Of a stretch of 64,000 nt of DNA, positions 40,391 through 52,159 are shown in pieces. Below the pieces are notes generated by a model, which was given only the letters and a program-made list of their open reading frames with translations, searched no databases and was not told the DNA's origin. Made by a program: the position numbers and the translations under genes. How positions within the stretch are numbered: position 1 is the first letter of the stretch; every line of letters begins with the position of its first letter. The stretch comes from Rhynchopus sp. YZ270_cl-10 (lineage: Eukaryota). The stretch is taken from NCBI GenBank assembly GCA_964035575.1, contig OZ037836.1, positions 1,302,001 through 1,366,000 on the forward strand, given 5' to 3'.

Positions 40391-41323
40391 GGCTAGTTGA
40401 CGCCACGGGTCGGTTTAGGAATTTTCTGGGAAATCCTGTTCCGTACCATCCCGTACCGCCCTCGAACGCTCCCAAATCCCCCCATACCGTCCCATACCCT
40501 CCCATACCCTCCCACACTGTCCCATACCGTCCCATACTGTCCCATACCGTCCCATACCGTCCCGTACCGTCCCTAATCGGTGTGGGAGTTGCTCTCTTTT
40601 GCGTGCGAATTGTACACGAGAACTGCAAACCGGGCCGGTCTGGGTTTGAGGTATACGGAAAGGCCATAATTTGTGAATTTGCAGCTGGACGACGGCAAAT
40701 TGACCCCACCACAGCGCGGACAGATTCCGGAAATGCCAATCGCGGTATGTTTTGGGGCTGAAAAATTTTCACCTGAAAATGTTTTTCAGCAGCATTTTTT
40801 GGCCGAAAATGGGCCCCAGCTATTAGTGACTGGGCTCATATTTTCAAAAATTTAAGTGGTCAAAAAATTGTCCAATTTCGACATCGACCCCACCACTTTC
40901 TGGACGGATTCCGGAAATGCCAAAAAACTGTGTTTTGGGTCACCCGTTTTTGGGGCCCCTGAGGCGATTTTATATAAAAAACCCACAGGATCACCCTGTT
41001 CCCACAACTTTTTTGTCAACTTTTTTTCAGGAAAAACTTTTTTTTTTGCGCGCGCGCGCATTTTTTTTTCAGGGTCAGCGAGCGGGAAATGAAAAAAAAG
41101 TCGAGCTACCCTAAGTGCATGCACGACCCCCAAACCACTCCCAAACCTCCAAAAATCCTCCCATACCACTCCCATACCGTCCCATACTGTCCCATACCCT
41201 CCCAAACCCTCCCACACTGTCCCATACCCTCCCATACTGTCCCATACCGTCCCATACTGTCCCATACCCTCCCAAATCCTCCCATACCCTCCCATACCCG
41301 AATGTCCGTGACGTCAACTAGCC
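40391..41323. mobile_element. TA-flanked MITE, TIR GGCTAGTTGACG(C/T)CACGG, with 10-bp CCCATACnnT subterminal arrays
   Basis: TIR pair. Arrays at ~40480-40570 and ~41160-41298. Confidence 0.85.
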
Positions 41324-41777
41324 TATTTACGTTAGTAATGCCCAACTCCTACATTTTTTGTTAACACCCAGAAATAGCTCTCAGAGGTAAGCAAAAAGGG
41401 GGGGAAAGAAATTTTGAAAAATTTTGTTGCTTTTTTTTTTTTTTTTTTTAATTGCGTTCAGGCTCTCCGCTAGGATTCCCGATTTTGAAAATATTCTGTT
41501 GATGGTCCACGTTGGTGGGGTACATGCTTGCGCCGCAGGCGCACGGTACGCAACTTTTTTTTTTACCAACGCCCGATTTTGACTTTTTTGGGACGTTTGA
41601 GCACTCACCTCTCCATATCTTCTTCTCCTGAGCTTTTTTGACAGGTAGAACGGGTCTGAACCACTCAGCAGAACTTTTTTTTTTTTTTTTTTTCCCCCCA
41701 TTTTCAAAAAGTTCTGTTGACAATCAACAGAACTTTAGTACCTAGCGGAGTGCCTGATTGCGTTGGTTGCTCAATTA

Positions 41778-42151
41778 CAGTAAGACAACAAACACCGGTG
41801 GGGTAAAAATATAGGTGGGGTAAAAACATCGGAGGGGTAAAAACTAAGGTGGATTTTGGAATTTCAAAATTCTAAGGAGGGTTTTTACCCCTCCGATGTT
41901 TTTACCCCACCGGTGTTTTTACCCTGGGCATGAGAATTTTGATGGCAAGCCCCACCTCTTTCCCCAATATCTCACCTCATTTCCCCATATTTTCCATGTT
42001 GCCCCAAAGTATCATGTCCACTGGTATAAACACCGGTGGGGTAGGAACATAGGTGGGGTAAAAACACCGGAGGGGTAAAAACTAAGGTGGATTTTGGGAT
42101 TTCAAAGCTCTAAGGAGGGTTTTTACCCCACCGATGTTTGTTGTCTTACTG
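41778..42151. mobile_element. Tc1/mariner/pogo-like MITE (TIR CAGTAAGACAACAAACA(C/T)CGGTGGGGTAAAAA, TA TSD)
   Basis: TIR pair, TA flanks and an internal direct duplication. Confidence 0.88.
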
Positions 42152-43480
42152 TATACCTTGTGGTGATTGGCGACCGTATCGGAGGAACTATTTCTCCTTT
42201 TAAGCTACGATTGGTAGTATAAATAAAAAAAATGGGAATTAACGAAGTCCTGGGTATCAGGGGCTTGGGTATTCATGAAAGTTTACCCTAAATAAAACAA
42301 AAAAAAAATGATGGTTGAAGTGCAAACGGCTCTGTGGCCGCAGACACCAATAGAAAAGACAGTGGGAGAATAATGCAAAAAAAGAGCAAAATAAAAAAAA
42401 AGGGGGTAGCTGAGAAGGGATTCTTACAACTGTTTTACGCAACTTTTCGTACTTTTTTTTTTTCGAAACTTTTTTCACGCTTTCTTTTTCCCACATTATT
42501 ACGAGAGGGGTATAGTGCGATACAACGCGGGTAAAGTGGGAAAACATGTTGCAAAAACAGAGCAAAAAAGAGCGAATTTGAGGTTAACTCCCTTTCCAGC
42601 CACATTATTTTTTAAAAAATAGTTTTTGTTGTGTCGACAATCACCTGCTAGTGCAGGATCTGTACTCAATGTCGCCCGAAGGCTATTGTACTTAAAAGAT
42701 ATAGACGGAGGTCGTCCTCAACTCTGGAAAGTCGCTTTTATTTGTTGTTTATGCATTCGAGTGCTGTAATATACACAAAAGTTGCATCATCAAAGTTTGG
42801 GGGATAGGGTGGGTTAAAGGGGTCACGTGAGAAAATAAAGTAGTTGGTTAGAAATTCAGTACATCATGTTTCAGTCCTAACTGCATACATTGGTAGTATC
42901 AGAGGGGGACATCGTCAGTGCAAGACCCTCCGAGATGTAAAGAGTTTTAACCACTGTTGCTATTATCAAACAGTCTTTGCGCTCTACTTGTCTTTTCAAA
43001 AACTAAAACCTAGACCTGTCAACACAAAAATTATGAACGACTTAGCTTCTGTGAGCTCGCAAGGGAGGTGTCGCCACGCACCTGTCCGAAGACTGCTGCC
43101 CCGTTTTTTTTTATATAAAAAGGGGGGCGAGGGGACACACAAAGCTAGTCACATTCAGAGCAGTGTTTTTCTGTTGCCATTTTCCACGCTTCTTATGATC
43201 TGAACTCATGATATTTTCGTGAACGACGATGCACTGATATCATCACAATCGTGGGAGGGGAGTGTACCTCATTGATGATAGGTATTGTTCTTTGAAAACT
43301 TGGTTGGATTAGTGTAGCCACCCTAGAGTGTGCTCCACTATATGTTCTTTATTGGTCCACAATTTGCGAACAACATCATCGATTCGGTGTGGCAAATGGG
43401 ATGGGGAAAATAGCACGATTATTGACAACAGAAATGAAAGCCCTGCAATGAGGAGCGAACAGGAGGGGGGGGGGGGGGTA

Positions 43481-44672
43481 GGGGAGGGTCACTGTACTCG
43501 ATAAATGCGATTTTTCCGATTTTGATCCTCAGAACCGCAGAAGTCCCCGAAAACTATACCAAACCACCTAGGGGACCCAAAAAACGCACCAGCGCCCCAG
43601 TTTTGACACAGAAACACTCAGATAATGCCTGAAATGCAATTTTAAAAGAGTGCCTACAGAACTTGTACCTGCCCACCCCTGTAGATAGAGCAACTCACAC
43701 ATCCATCACGCCTCAGTGTGGGCCAGGGGCCAGAAAAGCCCCCAAAGCCACATATTTTCACCCCAGAACCTATCCCGAGGGGTACCCAGGCTGTTTCGGG
43801 GTGTTTAGAGGGACTTGGTGGAACTTAGAACCATGTTTCAAAAAGGGTACAAGTACTGTGCCAAGGGTTTTCCCACCCTAAGGTATCTGAAGCCGTCAAA
43901 AAGCGTGAAGTAGGCAATAAATCAAAAAATACCCCCTGAGGTCAAAAAAACCACACCATAGGCCCATTTGGACCCCAAAAATCGAATTCCGCCCGGTTTT
44001 GGGCACTTTTGACCACTTCTGAGCGACTTTTTTGCGTTTTTTAAAAGTGACCACCAACTTGTACCTGCCCACCCCCCCTGTAGATAGAGCAACTCACACA
44101 TCCATCACGCCTCAGTGTGAGCCAGGGGCCAGAAAAGCCCCCAAAGCCACATATTTTCACCCCAGAACCTATCCGAGGGGTACCCAGGCTGTTTCGGGGT
44201 GTTTAGAGGGACTTGGTGGAACTTAGAACCATGTTTCAAAAAGGGTACAAGTACTGTGCCAAGGGTTTGCCCTCTCAAGGGACCAAGTACTTGTACCCTT
44301 TTTGAAACATGGTTCTAAGTTCCACCAAGTCCCTCTAAACACCCCGAAACAGGCTGGGTACCCCTCGGGATAGGTTCTGGGGTGAAAATATGTGGCTTTG
44401 GGGGCTTTTCTGGCCCCTGGCTCACACTGAGGCGTGATGGATGTGTGAGTTGCTCTATCTACAGGGGTGGGCAGGTACAAGTTCTGTAGGCACTCTTTTA
44501 AAATTGCATTTCAGGCATTATCTGAGTGTTTCTGTGTCAAAACTGGGGCGCTGGTGCGTTTTTTGGGTCCCCTAGGTGGTTTGGTATAGTTTTCGGGGAC
44601 TTCTGCGGTTCTGAGGATCAAAATCGGAAAAATCGCATTTATCGAGAGATTTAACGTGCAGTGACCCTCCCC
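43481..44672. mobile_element. TA-flanked foldback element (TIR GGGGAGGGTCACTG; ~380-bp arms; extra direct copy of the inner arm at ~44058-44268)
   Basis: 43481-~43860 is inverted at ~44286-44672. Confidence 0.88.
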
Positions 44673-44944
44673 TAGGGGGGGGGGGGGGGAATTCTGGCCT
44701 CAGGCTGCAGAGACCAACCAAAGGAATGAATAAGGTGGTCAGACAGATGTATCATATGTGGAATGGTATCCATTCCTTGGTTGCAATGGTGAAACTAATA
44801 AAAAAAATAAAACAATTCTAAAGTGAAACTGATAGACACTGTTTCCGCGACACAAACGAAAGACATTCTTCCAAATAATAAAAAAGGTTACGCACAACGT
44901 GTTCAGCCCCAAGAGGAAAAGGACCTATCACGCAGCATGCATGC

Positions 44945-47900
44945 TCACAGCTTCCACACCACAAGGGTGCCGTCGCGGCTCACAGTTGCCAGGCGTGTGC
45001 CATCGGGGGAGAAGTCTAGGCGTGGCAGGACAGCCTGCGAGTGTCCCAGCAGCTCGTGCAGCACAGACCCGTCGTGCGACCACACCATCACGTCACCCTC
45101 GCCCACAGCAGCAATCATCTTCCCGTCGCGCGAGAACTTGCTGTCGTGCACAGCACCCGACAGCATGCTCAGAGACACACCGTCCACAGCACTGCCGTCA
45201 CCAATCGAGCTCCCGGGCAGCTGCGACACAAGGATCGTCCCGTCGCTCATCCCGCGCAGGAGCGCGTTCCCACCAAAGGACGAGAAGGACAGTGCCGTCA
45301 CACGTGCGGCAACAGAGGGCAGCGTAACAGCAGACGTCCCGTCCAGCCCCCACACAGTCGTCACCTCGTCCACCTCAGACCCGCGCACTGTCGCAAGGTG
45401 TGCACCGTCCACAGAGAACCCCACGTTGCGTGCATGGTGGTTGATCACAGACGACGCCTTCGTCCTGTCCGACGCAAGCATGTCGAACACACGTGTGCGT
45501 GCATCATGTCCACCCCCGCTCACCACGTAGCGCCCGTCCCTCGTGAACTCCACACGGTGCACAGGTGTGCTCCCCGATGCAGACATGTCCACCAGGGTTG
45601 CCTCCAGCACACCTGTCGCAGCGTTGCACACAACCACACGCCCGCCCTCCCCAGCAAGCGCCACCAGGTTGTTGTCTGGCGAGAACGCAATGTCGTGCAC
45701 CCTGAAGCCGTCTGCGCAGCCCAGCTGTCCCACCCGCACACCCGTGCGTGCGTCAAACACACGCACAAAACGGTCTGCTGACCCTGTCGCCACACGACGT
45801 CCGTCCCACGAGAACGCCACCGACAGCAGGCGTGCAGGGTGTCTCACCTCAAATGCACACGCACGCGACGTCCCCTGCCCGCAACGCTGCGGCACTGTGT
45901 CCACCCCACACTGCTGCTGTGGAGGAGGTGTCGGTGCTCTGCATTCGTACTGGAAGGCAAGGTACGACCTCCCGTAGTAGTAAGTGCTTCTGAACTGCAC
46001 AAACGCAGAACCACTCACCACAAGCTCCACACCCTCGAAGCCGGTGGTGTACGAGTACCAGTCATGCTCCAAGTTGAAGTTTGTGTCGTTCCCACTCCCG
46101 GTCCCTGAGTAGATAGACACGTGGGCATAGTAGTACAGCTGAATGTCAGAGAACTTGAGCACAACGTCGTAATCACACTCAATGTGCCAGCACTGCGTGT
46201 GGGAGCTGTTGTAGTTTTCATAGTTAACGTACCCAGTGCCTGTCCGGTCGCTGTGTCCCTCACAGACGTAGTTCACACCAGGTGCACGTGTGTCCGGCGC
46301 ATCTGTGGGTGGTGCTTGAGTGGTCGCATCCACACACACGTAGTCGAACTCAAGTCTTGACCACCCGGTGTAATAGGTGCTTCTGAACTGCACAAATGCA
46401 GAACCGTTCAGCACAACATCCATGGGAGTGTCGTAATAGTTGAACCTCTTCTCCAAGGTGAAGTCTGTTCCATTTCCAGAATCGTTCCCTGATGTGTACA
46501 GGTCCAGGTAGGAAGAGTAGTACAGCTGCATGGTCGAGAACGAGATGACAACATCCTTGTCACACTCAATGTGCCAGCACTCCGTGTGGTAGCTGTCGTA
46601 GTTCTGAAAGCTCACGTTCCCAGTCGCATTGTCCCCCAGGTCGTTGTGCTCCTCACAGACGTAGTCCACACCAGGTGCACGTGTGTCCGGCGCATCTGTG
46701 GGTGGTGCTTGGGTGGTCGCATCCACACACACGTAATCGAACTCAAGTCTTGACCACCCGCTGTAATAGGTGCTTCTGAACTGCACAAATGCAGAACCGT
46801 TCAGCACAACATCCATGGGAGTGTCGTAATTGTTGAACCTCTTCTCCAAGGTGAAGTCTGTTCCATTTCCAGAATCATTCCCTGATGTGTACAGGTCCAG
46901 GTAGGAATAGGTGTACAGCTGCATGGTGGAGAACGAGATGACAACATCCTTGTCACACTCAATGTGCCAGCACTCCGTGTGGTAGCTGTCGTAGTTCTGA
47001 AAGCTCACGTTCCCAGTCGTATTGTCCCCCAGGTCGTTGTGCTCCTCACAGACGTAGTTCACACCAGGTGCACGTGTGTTCGGCACATCTGTGGGTGGTG
47101 CTTGAGTGGTCGCATCCACACACACGTAATCGAACTCAAGTCTTGACCACCCGGTGTAGTAAGTGCTTCTGAACTGCACAAATGCAGAACCGTTCAGCAC
47201 AACATCCATGGGAGTGTCGTAATAGTTGAACCTCTTCTCCAAGGTGAAGTCTGTTCCATTTCCAGAATCGTTCCCTGATGTGTACAGGTCCAGGTAGGAA
47301 TAGGTGTACAGCTGCATGGCGGAGAACGAGATGACAACATCCTTGTCGCACTCAATGTGCCAGCACTCCGTGTGGTAGCTGTCGTAGTTCTGAAAGCTCA
47401 CGTTCCCAGTCGTATTGTCCCCCAGGTCGTTGTGCTCCTCGCAGACGTAGTTCACACCAGGTGCACGTGTGTTCGGCACATCAGAAGCGTACGGCACACA
47501 GGCAAACGACGACGACCATTCGCCCTCGCCTGTCGCGTTCGTGCTGTTTGAGCTTTGACACTGCAGAAAGCCCTGTGTTGCGTACCCAGGCTCGCACTCC
47601 ACAGAACAGAGTTGTCCGACGTAAGAATTATTGCAGTCGTAACCCGGCAGCACGTGGTCAAGCAGGTGTGCAGGAGGCGACGAGCAACGTGTGTTCAGGT
47701 CTGCGAAGGGCAGGTTCCAGTGCACTGAGCTCGACATCGCACACGGCATGTGTGATTCGTGTGAGTTCCACGTCGCGCCGAGTGGTGCTGCGCCGTTGCT
47801 GGGACTGCCGTCAATCCACACCTCGTGCACACCAACGTTGTCTGCCTTCACAATTGCAGCATGCCACGAGCTGAACCCGCTTCCGGGGTAGCACACCTCA

Positions 47901-48298
47901 AGAGAATCGTGGCCAACCCTCATCTCACCGAGAAGGGGAGTTGTGCCTGATTGGTAGCACACCACGCTGCTGTTGTTGGGGAAGGCCTGCCGATAGCCAC
48001 CGTCCAGATACAGGGAGATGTGACTGCAGGAGCTTTGCAAGACGTCCGAAATGTCGTCCACGTTTCTGTTGTTGTTCGTCGCCCTGCAGGACTGAAAGTC
48101 GGTTGTGCTGAGGTGCGCACCGCTCTCTGGGTCCACAACCTTGAGCACAGACGTCCTGTCCGTCTCAGTGTAGGAGTGATACGTTGCGAACCAGAGGGTG
48201 ACGAAGCCAGGCTGCTCCTCTGACTGTGAAGAGCACACCGTCATGATGTGTGCCTCCGTGCTTACACACAGCAGCGCTGCCAAGCATGCGCGCAGCAT
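44945..48298 (-). CDS. Signal peptide + Cys-rich/sushi-like region + 4 CUB-like repeats + C-terminal WD40 propeller (1117 aa)
   Basis: Hydrophobic N-terminus MLRACLAALLCVSTEA. 393-bp/131-aa repeats with NYxxxxxxCWHIEC..V.F..Y..LY..FVQFRS..Y.C. WD40 repeats such as VAFSWDGRRVATGSADRFVRVFD and FSPDGTRLATVSRDGTLVVW. Confidence 0.88.
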   Translation of the reverse strand: MLRACLAALLCVSTEAHIMTVCSSQSEEQPGFVTLWFATYHSYTETDRTSVLKVVDPESGAHLSTTDFQSCRATNNNRNVDDISDVLQSSCSHISLYLDGGYRQAFPNNSSVVCYQSGTTPLLGEMRVGHDSLEVCYPGSGFSSWHAAIVKADNVGVHEVWIDGSPSNGAAPLGATWNSHESHMPCAMSSSVHWNLPFADLNTRCSSPPAHLLDHVLPGYDCNNSYVGQLCSVECEPGYATQGFLQCQSSNSTNATGEGEWSSSFACVPYASDVPNTRAPGVNYVCEEHNDLGDNTTGNVSFQNYDSYHTECWHIECDKDVVISFSAMQLYTYSYLDLYTSGNDSGNGTDFTLEKRFNYYDTPMDVVLNGSAFVQFRSTYYTGWSRLEFDYVCVDATTQAPPTDVPNTRAPGVNYVCEEHNDLGDNTTGNVSFQNYDSYHTECWHIECDKDVVISFSTMQLYTYSYLDLYTSGNDSGNGTDFTLEKRFNNYDTPMDVVLNGSAFVQFRSTYYSGWSRLEFDYVCVDATTQAPPTDAPDTRAPGVDYVCEEHNDLGDNATGNVSFQNYDSYHTECWHIECDKDVVISFSTMQLYYSSYLDLYTSGNDSGNGTDFTLEKRFNYYDTPMDVVLNGSAFVQFRSTYYTGWSRLEFDYVCVDATTQAPPTDAPDTRAPGVNYVCEGHSDRTGTGYVNYENYNSSHTQCWHIECDYDVVLKFSDIQLYYYAHVSIYSGTGSGNDTNFNLEHDWYSYTTGFEGVELVVSGSAFVQFRSTYYYGRSYLAFQYECRAPTPPPQQQCGVDTVPQRCGQGTSRACAFEVRHPARLLSVAFSWDGRRVATGSADRFVRVFDARTGVRVGQLGCADGFRVHDIAFSPDNNLVALAGEGGRVVVCNAATGVLEATLVDMSASGSTPVHRVEFTRDGRYVVSGGGHDARTRVFDMLASDRTKASSVINHHARNVGFSVDGAHLATVRGSEVDEVTTVWGLDGTSAVTLPSVAARVTALSFSSFGGNALLRGMSDGTILVSQLPGSSIGDGSAVDGVSLSMLSGAVHDSKFSRDGKMIAAVGEGDVMVWSHDGSVLHELLGHSQAVLPRLDFSPDGTRLATVSRDGTLVVWKL

Positions 48299-48682
48299 TG
48301 TCTTTTGTTGTGTCCACAGAATATCTGTTAGTGTGTTATCGTGTTGTGGGGTTTATGCTCGTACTCTTAGAGGTCAAAAGAAGTGTCGGGTTTTCTTTCA
48401 GTGAAAAAAAGGCGTTGGGCGGGGAGGTACGTTGTAATGAATAAGACATGGGTTTTTGTGGGGATTCTTTTGCAGCAGTAAAATAGCACAATGTGTGGAA
48501 CGTCTTGCTCAGCACAGCTCTCCTCTCGCACCAAGTAGTAGTCTGTGCCACGGTGAGCAAGACTGTGCCCCTCTTCTTCTCCGAACCAGAGGACGCAAGC
48601 AGACATACTGCCAGAGACCCTCCACCTCGGGGAGGTGCTGCCCTGCCACCAACACACCACGTCGTCATTGTGCGTGTCTCCG

Positions 48683-49573
48683 TCACTTCTGGCTTTGCTC
48701 GGGGGATTCGTCTCTGCTTCGTTTCGGACGTGCTTCAACCACAAGCTTACTCAGCTCGCCCTTCCTCACTTCGTTGGACACAACACTGCTGCAGCCGGAA
48801 AGGTAAACGCTCGTCAACGAAGTGCAGTTTCCAGCAAAATGCGTACCTCCAGCACGGCTGCCGATATGCGTAACGTTCCTGAGTGGCGACAAATCCAGGG
48901 TTGTTAAACTACTGCAGTGCGCAAGAAAGCTCCCACCAACCTGTGTAACGTTGCTGAGTGGTGATAAATCAACTGTAGTTAATCTCACGCATGCGTAAAG
49001 AAAGCTGTTACCAACCTGCGTCACATTGCTGAGTGGCGACAAATCCAGGGTCGTTAAGCTGTTGCAGTTTTGAAGAAAGCACTCACTCACCTCCGTCACA
49101 TTGCTCAACCCAGAGAGGTCGATACTTGTCAACGAGGTGCAGCCTGCCAGGAAGCTGTGACCAATGCGAGTCACAATGGACTCAGCACTGAGATCAAGTC
49201 TCGTCAACGAAGTGAATGACAAGAACCGATTCGGAATGACAGTCGCAACCTCCGCCTGCAGAAGCAAACACGCCACCTCAGGATCCTCCACACTCTCCAA
49301 CTTCTCGGCTGTGATGTCGGTCACACCCAACGCATGAAGCTCTGCAATGGCTTCGTACTTCTGCGACTTCGTGAGGATGATTGTGTCACCAGCACTCAGC
49401 TGCGTCATGTCCGCTCCTTCTCCCATCGCTTCGTCTCCGAAACTCATGCAAAAGCTGTCTTCAGGCAACCCCATTGCAGTCGCCACCTTCCGCCGCAAGT
49501 CCTCCACTGTGTCATCTTCACCCACCTCGACTGTGTGCTGATTCGCTCTGAAATCCTCGAAGTGCACGTCCAT
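48683..49573 (-). CDS. UBL-LRR protein copy 3 (296 aa, ~6 LRR units)
   Basis: Start MDVHFEDFRAN by homology. Ends in QSQK*. Confidence 0.9.
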   Translation of the reverse strand: MDVHFEDFRANQHTVEVGEDDTVEDLRRKVATAMGLPEDSFCMSFGDEAMGEGADMTQLSAGDTIILTKSQKYEAIAELHALGVTDITAEKLESVEDPEVACLLLQAEVATVIPNRFLSFTSLTRLDLSAESIVTRIGHSFLAGCTSLTSIDLSGLSNVTEVSECFLQNCNSLTTLDLSPLSNVTQVGNSFLYACVRLTTVDLSPLSNVTQVGGSFLAHCSSLTTLDLSPLRNVTHIGSRAGGTHFAGNCTSLTSVYLSGCSSVVSNEVRKGELSKLVVEARPKRSRDESPEQSQK

Positions 49574-51343
49574 TTGTGTGTTGTGGTTTTGTGTTCTGAT
49601 TTCTGTGTGTGGTGGTGGGGTGGAGGACAAGACAAGAAACACCCTATTTTGCAGGGTTGTTTCAACCCTGGGCGCTACGGCAGGACAGACAGCAGACCTG
49701 CAACAGCTCATCAGACCGCCCCACACAGCATGCCACAGTTGGCATGGTGCTGGCAAAGGTGAATGCTGCAAGACACCTGTTCAGCGTCAGGGGACTGCCC
49801 TGGTGCGCAGCTCTGCAGAGGACACTACGCAAGCTGTGGACATCGTGCATGCGTTTGAACGCACTGCGAACACAGTGAAGGTGACGTCAGAAGCATGCAC
49901 CCTGGAGAAGAAGATGTGCTGGTCCTATGCACGCATACAGCCTTGTGGTGAGTAGGTTCGAAGAAGCCCCCCGCAAAAGGTGAAGCAGATTCTTGGCGGT
50001 GGCGTAGCTGGCCCAGGTGGAGGGTGGCGGTGCCCAATAATGCAAGCAAATGCAGTTAGCAACATGCTAGCATATTGTGCCGTGCAGAGCGGCATGCAAA
50101 CGCAAGTTACTCAGTGTGGTGCGCAGCGTGTAGCCCTAGGCACACACTGCATATGAATCGTTTGATTGGATTGGGAATTTTGGGCTGACGCAAAATTATT
50201 GAAAAACTACTTCCTCCCAATAAATTCCCAACTACCCTCATTGGCCCCATGGATGCACTCTGGGGATAGAAATGTCAAGTTTTTGCGGCGGGTTTGGCGA
50301 ACATCGGAAGAACACGAAACACCCAAAACAGATGCACATTCTACCGTGCACTGCAGGACGCGCAATACTGCTTCCAAAAGAACGTTGACTTGTAACACAA
50401 CAACCCGGTCGTGGCAGTGCATCTTTGTACATCACCGGCTGTACTGGGGTGGACCCCAACCATGCAGTCCTACATCCATTTCGTGGTTTACATCTGACAA
50501 GGCCTACCCCCGCTTCCACTCATCAGCCACATGGGCGGGGAGCATTGCAGACACAGGGTCATGCATGTGTCATGCGTGATGCGTGGGAGAGTCTATAAAG
50601 CACAATCCCTGCGTCGCCAATTTGGTCGGAACAAAAAAGAAAGCAATAATGGAGTGCACACATGCATTACGAAGAGGAACCAGACTGCAGGCTGTTTCTA
50701 TCTTACATACCCCACAGACGTTCCCTCCTCACGAAAGCAAACCCACCTTCCCCTGCCCCTCTCACGCACCGTTACCTGCCCCGTTCTGCACAAGAAACCC
50801 GCACAGCCTCCACGCTGTCTCCACCCACCCCACGCAAGGAAGAACGCCAAAGGTGCTCTCGTGCTGCAACCACAGACAAGCTGAGGTGCCAGACAAATGC
50901 ACGAAAGCACCCCACCGCCAGACACAGCTTCCCCTCCCATCATCACCACAAACGATGTGGAGAACACCCAAACTCACCCACACTCACAACACTGTGCACC
51001 TCCACCTCCCACACCCAAGGACAGCCCTGCAAAGCCATAGGTAATGCCGTTCACCCCAAGCACCCCAATCACACCTCACACATCTTCGTGCAAGTTACCA
51101 AGAAGACAGTGAAAGACCACGTGGTGTCAACGAGTTCAGAGTGATGAATTACAGAAAAAAAAGTGGGGGTTGGGAGGGGAGGTACGTTGTAATGAATAAG
51201 ACATGGGTTTTTGTGGGGATTCTTTTCCAGCACAGAGTAAAAGAACACAATGTGTGGAACGTCTTGCTCAGCACAGCTCTCCTCTCGCACCAAGTAGTAG
51301 TCCGTGCCACCAACACACCACGTCGTCATTGTGCGTGTCTCTG

Positions 51344-52159
51344 TCACTTCTGGCTTTGCTCGGGGGATTCGTCTCTGCTTCGTTTCGGACGTGCTTCAAC
51401 TACAAGCTTCCTCAGCTCGCCGTTCCTCACTTCGTTGGACACAACACTGCTGCAGCCGGAAAGGTAAATGCTCGTCAACGAAGGGCAGAACGCAGCAAAT
51501 TCCGTACCTCCAAAACCGCTACTAATCTGCGTCACGTTGCTGAATGGTGATAAATCTAGGGTCGTTAAGCTGCTGCAGTACGCAAGGAAGCACGCGCCAA
51601 CCTGCGTCACATTGCTAAGTGGTGATAAATCGACGTTGGTTAAGCTGAAGCAGCAGGCAAGAAAGCTGTGACCAACCTGCGTCACATTGCTCAACCCAGA
51701 GATGTCGACACTTGTCAACGAGTCGCAGTGGGTCAGGAACCTGTCTTCAATGTGAGTCACAATGGACTCAGCACTGAGATCAAGTCTCGTCAACGAAGTG
51801 CCTCCCAAGAACCGACTCGGAATGACAGTCGCAACCTCCGCCTGCAGAAGCAAACACGCCACCTCAGGGTCCTCCACACTCTCCAACCTCTCGGCTGTGA
51901 TGTCGGTCACACCCAACGCATGAAGCTCTGCAATGGCTTCTTGCTTCTTCGTCTTCGTGAGGATGATTGTGTCACCAGCACTCAGCTGCGTCATGTCCGC
52001 TCCTTCTCCCATCGCTTCGTCTCCGAAACTCATGCAAAAGCTGTCTTCAGGCAACCCCATTGCAGACGCCACCTTCCGCCGCAAGTCTTCCACTGTGTCA
52101 TCTGCACCCACCTCGACTGTGTGCTGGTTCGTGTCGAAACCCTTGATGTTCAGGTCCAT
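51344..52159 (-). CDS. UBL-LRR protein copy 4 (271 aa, ~5 LRR units)
   Basis: Start MDLNIKGFDTN at 52159. Confidence 0.9.
   Translation of the reverse strand: MDLNIKGFDTNQHTVEVGADDTVEDLRRKVASAMGLPEDSFCMSFGDEAMGEGADMTQLSAGDTIILTKTKKQEAIAELHALGVTDITAERLESVEDPEVACLLLQAEVATVIPSRFLGGTSLTRLDLSAESIVTHIEDRFLTHCDSLTSVDISGLSNVTQVGHSFLACCFSLTNVDLSPLSNVTQVGACFLAYCSSLTTLDLSPFSNVTQISSGFGGTEFAAFCPSLTSIYLSGCSSVVSNEVRNGELRKLVVEARPKRSRDESPEQSQK

Noticed and set aside
50455..50535. Hammerhead-like CUGAUGA-GUGG...CCAC-GAAA on the minus strand
   Set aside because: No compatible stem I/stem III with an NUH cleavage site could be built.
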